This document shows, one piece after another, positions 61,551 to 64,000 of a stretch of DNA of 64,000 bases; position 1 is the stretch's first letter, and every line of letters starts with the position of its first letter. The notes below the pieces were generated by a model, which was given only the letters and a program-made list of their open reading frames with translations, ran no database searches and had not been told where the DNA came from. The DNA is from Escherichia coli. Lineage in GTDB: Bacteria > Pseudomonadota > Gammaproteobacteria > Enterobacterales > Enterobacteriaceae. The DNA lies in the NCBI RefSeq assembly GCF_016903815.1, contig NZ_CP069973.1. One strand, given 5' to 3'. Position numbers and translations under genes: made by a program.

Positions 61551-62050
61551 AAAAAATAATTTTCTCTAACGAGAGTGCAGTCTATGATGAACTTATGATT
61601 CATTTCCCATGCCAGCCATTACCTCATATTTCAAATGATATTACAGGGCTGGAGGAACTGGATATTGTATATAATTTTTTCCAAAAGAAACAATGGAATG
61701 AAATAGCCAACAATTTTAAAATAAAGGATGACTCTTATGCTTTAGAGTTAGGAATTACATTCCTCCCTGAGAAAGTATTCTGCTATTACATCCCTCTGTA
61801 TATTTATGCCTCGTTGTTTAATAAGAATGATTTTTGGGTTTTTGAATCCGATTTTATTCAACAATATTTATGTCCTGAGTATCGGGATCACGATGATTTT
61901 TTGAATTTTGTTTTTAATTTTTCAGATATACAACTATCTATTATTGCACAGTTTATGTCTTATGAATCAGACGCTGGATTCTTTTATGCAAGTAAAGCTT
62001 GTATGGATTTTTGGGAAGATTATTCACCTCTATTACATAAGAAAATTTAA
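61547..62050 (+). CDS. Putative cognate immunity protein for the RhsC C-terminal toxin (167 aa from [10 protein letters not shown]); no family I recognise
   Basis: Start overlaps the rhsC stop (ATGA); strongly AT-rich like the toxin tip; position is canonical for Rhs immunity genes; the track ORF starts 6 codons upstream. Confidence 0.6.
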   Translation: MKKIIFSNESAVYDELMIHFPCQPLPHISNDITGLEELDIVYNFFQKKQWNEIANNFKIKDDSYALELGITFLPEKVFCYYIPLYIYASLFNKNDFWVFESDFIQQYLCPEYRDHDDFLNFVFNFSDIQLSIIAQFMSYESDAGFFYASKACMDFWEDYSPLLHKKI

Positions 62051-62102
62051 TCGTAAAAGGTATAAATGGTTTAATAAAAAACTTGTCTACTCGTTGGAGT
62101 AG

Positions 62103-62720
62103 ATGAAAAATAAGATGACGTTGGCATATAGATCACTGCGAATAATCCACCTCTACCACTGCGACTATCGCGGCCTGCCGCTGACGCTTATCAGCCCTGA
62201 CGGGGCAACAGAATGGTGCGCAGAATATGATGAATGGGGCAACCTGCTGACTGAAGAGAACCCGCAGCACCTGCAGCAGCTTATCCGTCTGCCGGGGCAG
62301 CAGTATGATGAGGAGTCCGGCCTGTATTACAACCGCCACCGCTATTATGACCCGCTGCAGGGGCGGTGTATCACTCAGGATCCGATTGGGCTGGAAGGCG
62401 GGTGGAATCAGTATGTATATGCTTCCATACATCCAACCTATTCTATTGATCCGCTGGGCTTAATTGATAAACCTGCTCCAGTATTCAATCGAGAACTAAA
62501 TTCAGATGCGTATTATCTTGCCGTAAATAATTGCTATTCATATGCTCTAAATAGGTATGGAAATCCTGGGAGTAGGATTTTTGGCGGCGGAGGATTACAA
62601 CCTGGAGAATTATCTGGAAAAGAGTTTTCTAAACTCACTTGTAGTAGTATTTTTGAAGCGTCAAAAAATGATGGTGCCAAGGACAGGGAAAGATCATCAG
62701 AAGTACACTTTTTGTACTAA
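62103..62720 (+). CDS. Orphan Rhs C-terminal module: conserved core end ([10 protein letters not shown]...DPIGLEGG...DPLGL) plus a distinct short toxin tip of about 85 aa; possibly truncated or pseudogenic
   Basis: About 90% nucleotide identity to the rhsC core end over roughly 260 bp, followed by unrelated AT-rich sequence; lacks the Rhs N-terminus. Confidence 0.65.
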   Translation: MKNKMTLAYRSLRIIHLYHCDYRGLPLTLISPDGATEWCAEYDEWGNLLTEENPQHLQQLIRLPGQQYDEESGLYYNRHRYYDPLQGRCITQDPIGLEGGWNQYVYASIHPTYSIDPLGLIDKPAPVFNRELNSDAYYLAVNNCYSYALNRYGNPGSRIFGGGGLQPGELSGKEFSKLTCSSIFEASKNDGAKDRERSSEVHFLY

Positions 62721-62827
62721 ATAATTCGCATTTTATGTTTAAAAATTGAGATATTCCTCATTACCTGAAGCTGTTTTTTATTGCTTATACATGATCAAAT
62801 ACTCCTTACATAATTAAGGAGAACAAA

Positions 62828-63651
62828 ATGGAACTTAAAAAATTGATGGAACATATTTCTATTATCCCCGATTACAGACAAGCCTGGAAAGTGGAACATA
62901 AATTGTCGGATATTCTACTGTTGACTATTTGTGCCGTTATTTCTGGTGCAGAAGGCTGGGAAGATATAGAGGATTTTGGGGAAACACATCTCGATTTTTT
63001 GAAGCAATATGGTGATTTTGAAAATGGTATTCCTGTTCACGATACCATTGCCAGAGTTGTATCCTGTATCAGTCCTGCAAAATTTCACGAGTGCTTTATT
63101 AACTGGATGCGTGACTGCCATTCTTCAGATGATAAAGGCGTCATTGCAATTGATGGAAAAACGCTCCGGCACTCTTATGACTAGAGTCGCCGCAGGGGAG
63201 CGATTCATGTCATTAGTTCGTTCTCAACAATGCACAGTCTGGTCATCGGACAGATCAGGACGGATGAGAAATCCAATGAAATTACAGCTATCCCTGAACT
63301 TCTTAACATGTTGGATATTAAAGGAAAAATTATCACAACTGATGCGATGGGTTGCCAGAAAGATATCGCAGAGAAGATACAAAAACAGGGCGGTGATTAT
63401 TTATTCGCTGTAAAAGGAAACCAGGGGCGGCTAAATAAAGCCTTTGAGGAAAAGTTTCCGCTGAAAGAATTAAATAATCCAGAGCATGGCAGTTACGCAA
63501 TGAGTGAAAAGAGTCACGGCAGAGAAGAAATCCGTCTTCACATTGTTTGCGATGTCCCTGATGAACTTATTGATTTCACGTTTGAATGGAAAGGGCAGCC
63601 ATGGACAGAAACTACCTGACGTCAGTCCTTGCGGGGAGCGGGCTTTCGTAA
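62828..63651 (+). pseudogene. H-repeat-associated (ISAs1-family) transposase remnant with an in-frame TAG and an internal deletion
   Basis: Two track ORFs (62828..63184, 63230..63619) lie in the same frame, separated by TAG at 63182; recalled intact homologs have Lys there. The body ends at ...[11 protein letters not shown] and the conserved C-terminal peptide [16 protein letters not shown] reappears out of frame at 63601..63651. Confidence 0.75.
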
Positions 63652-63736
63652 TCTTGCCCTGCTACAACAGGATTAACTTCACAAATATCATTTCCCAACG
63701 TCTACACTTACTCCTGTAAACCGTTCAGGAGCAGTA

Positions 63737-64000
63737 ATGAATCAGCAACGATTTGATGACAGCACCCTAATCCGTATCTTCGCCCTTCATGAGTTACATC
63801 GACTGAAAGAACATGGCTTAACGCGCGGGGCACTCAACGATTATCACAGCCGCTATAAACTCGTCTTTCTGGCCCATTCCCAGCCCGAGTACCGCAAACT
63901 TGGCCCGTTTGTGGCTGATATTCACCAGTGGCAAAATCTGGATGACTATTACAACCAGTACCGCCAACGCGTAATTGTTTTGCTTTCTCACCCTGCCAAC
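63737..64000 (+). CDS. ybgA: DUF1722-family protein YbgA, 5' portion (runs off the window end)
   Basis: ATG at 63737 preceded by an aggag Shine–Dalgarno; open frame to the window end; identification by synteny and is tentative. Confidence 0.5.
   Translation, partial: MNQQRFDDSTLIRIFALHELHRLKEHGLTRGALNDYHSRYKLVFLAHSQPEYRKLGPFVADIHQWQNLDDYYNQYRQRVIVLLSHPAN

Overview
This window is mostly conserved Escherichia coli core chromosome, collinear with the K-12 lipB–leuS–gltIJKL–lnt–miaB–ubiF–tRNA–asnB–nag–glnS–chiPQ–fur–fldA–seqA–pgm–potE–speF–kdpEDCBAF–ybfA–rhsC region, but it is not K-12. All gene calls rest on reading the supplied six-frame translations and on recalled protein families; no database search was run. 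Three things depart from the K-12 layout as I recall it. (1) An IS200-family insertion sequence (tnpA, about 0.7 kb) lies between the nagE terminator and the glnS promoter. (2) ybeL is followed directly by rihA, and pgm directly by potE, so the K-12 ybeQ–hscC island and ybfP are absent. (3) The Rhs element at the 3' end is the only real accessory locus. It holds a PAAR-RHS polymorphic toxin (rhsC) with a low-GC, Cys-rich C-terminal tip of no family I recognise, an overlapping low-GC putative immunity gene, an orphan Rhs tip module preceded by a roughly 260 bp direct repeat of the rhsC core end and lacking any visible immunity gene, and a decayed H-repeat (ISAs1-family) transposase. The Rhs toxin/immunity/orphan cassette is the most likely place for uncharacterised biology here. 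I found no CRISPR array, prophage or stand-alone defence operon.
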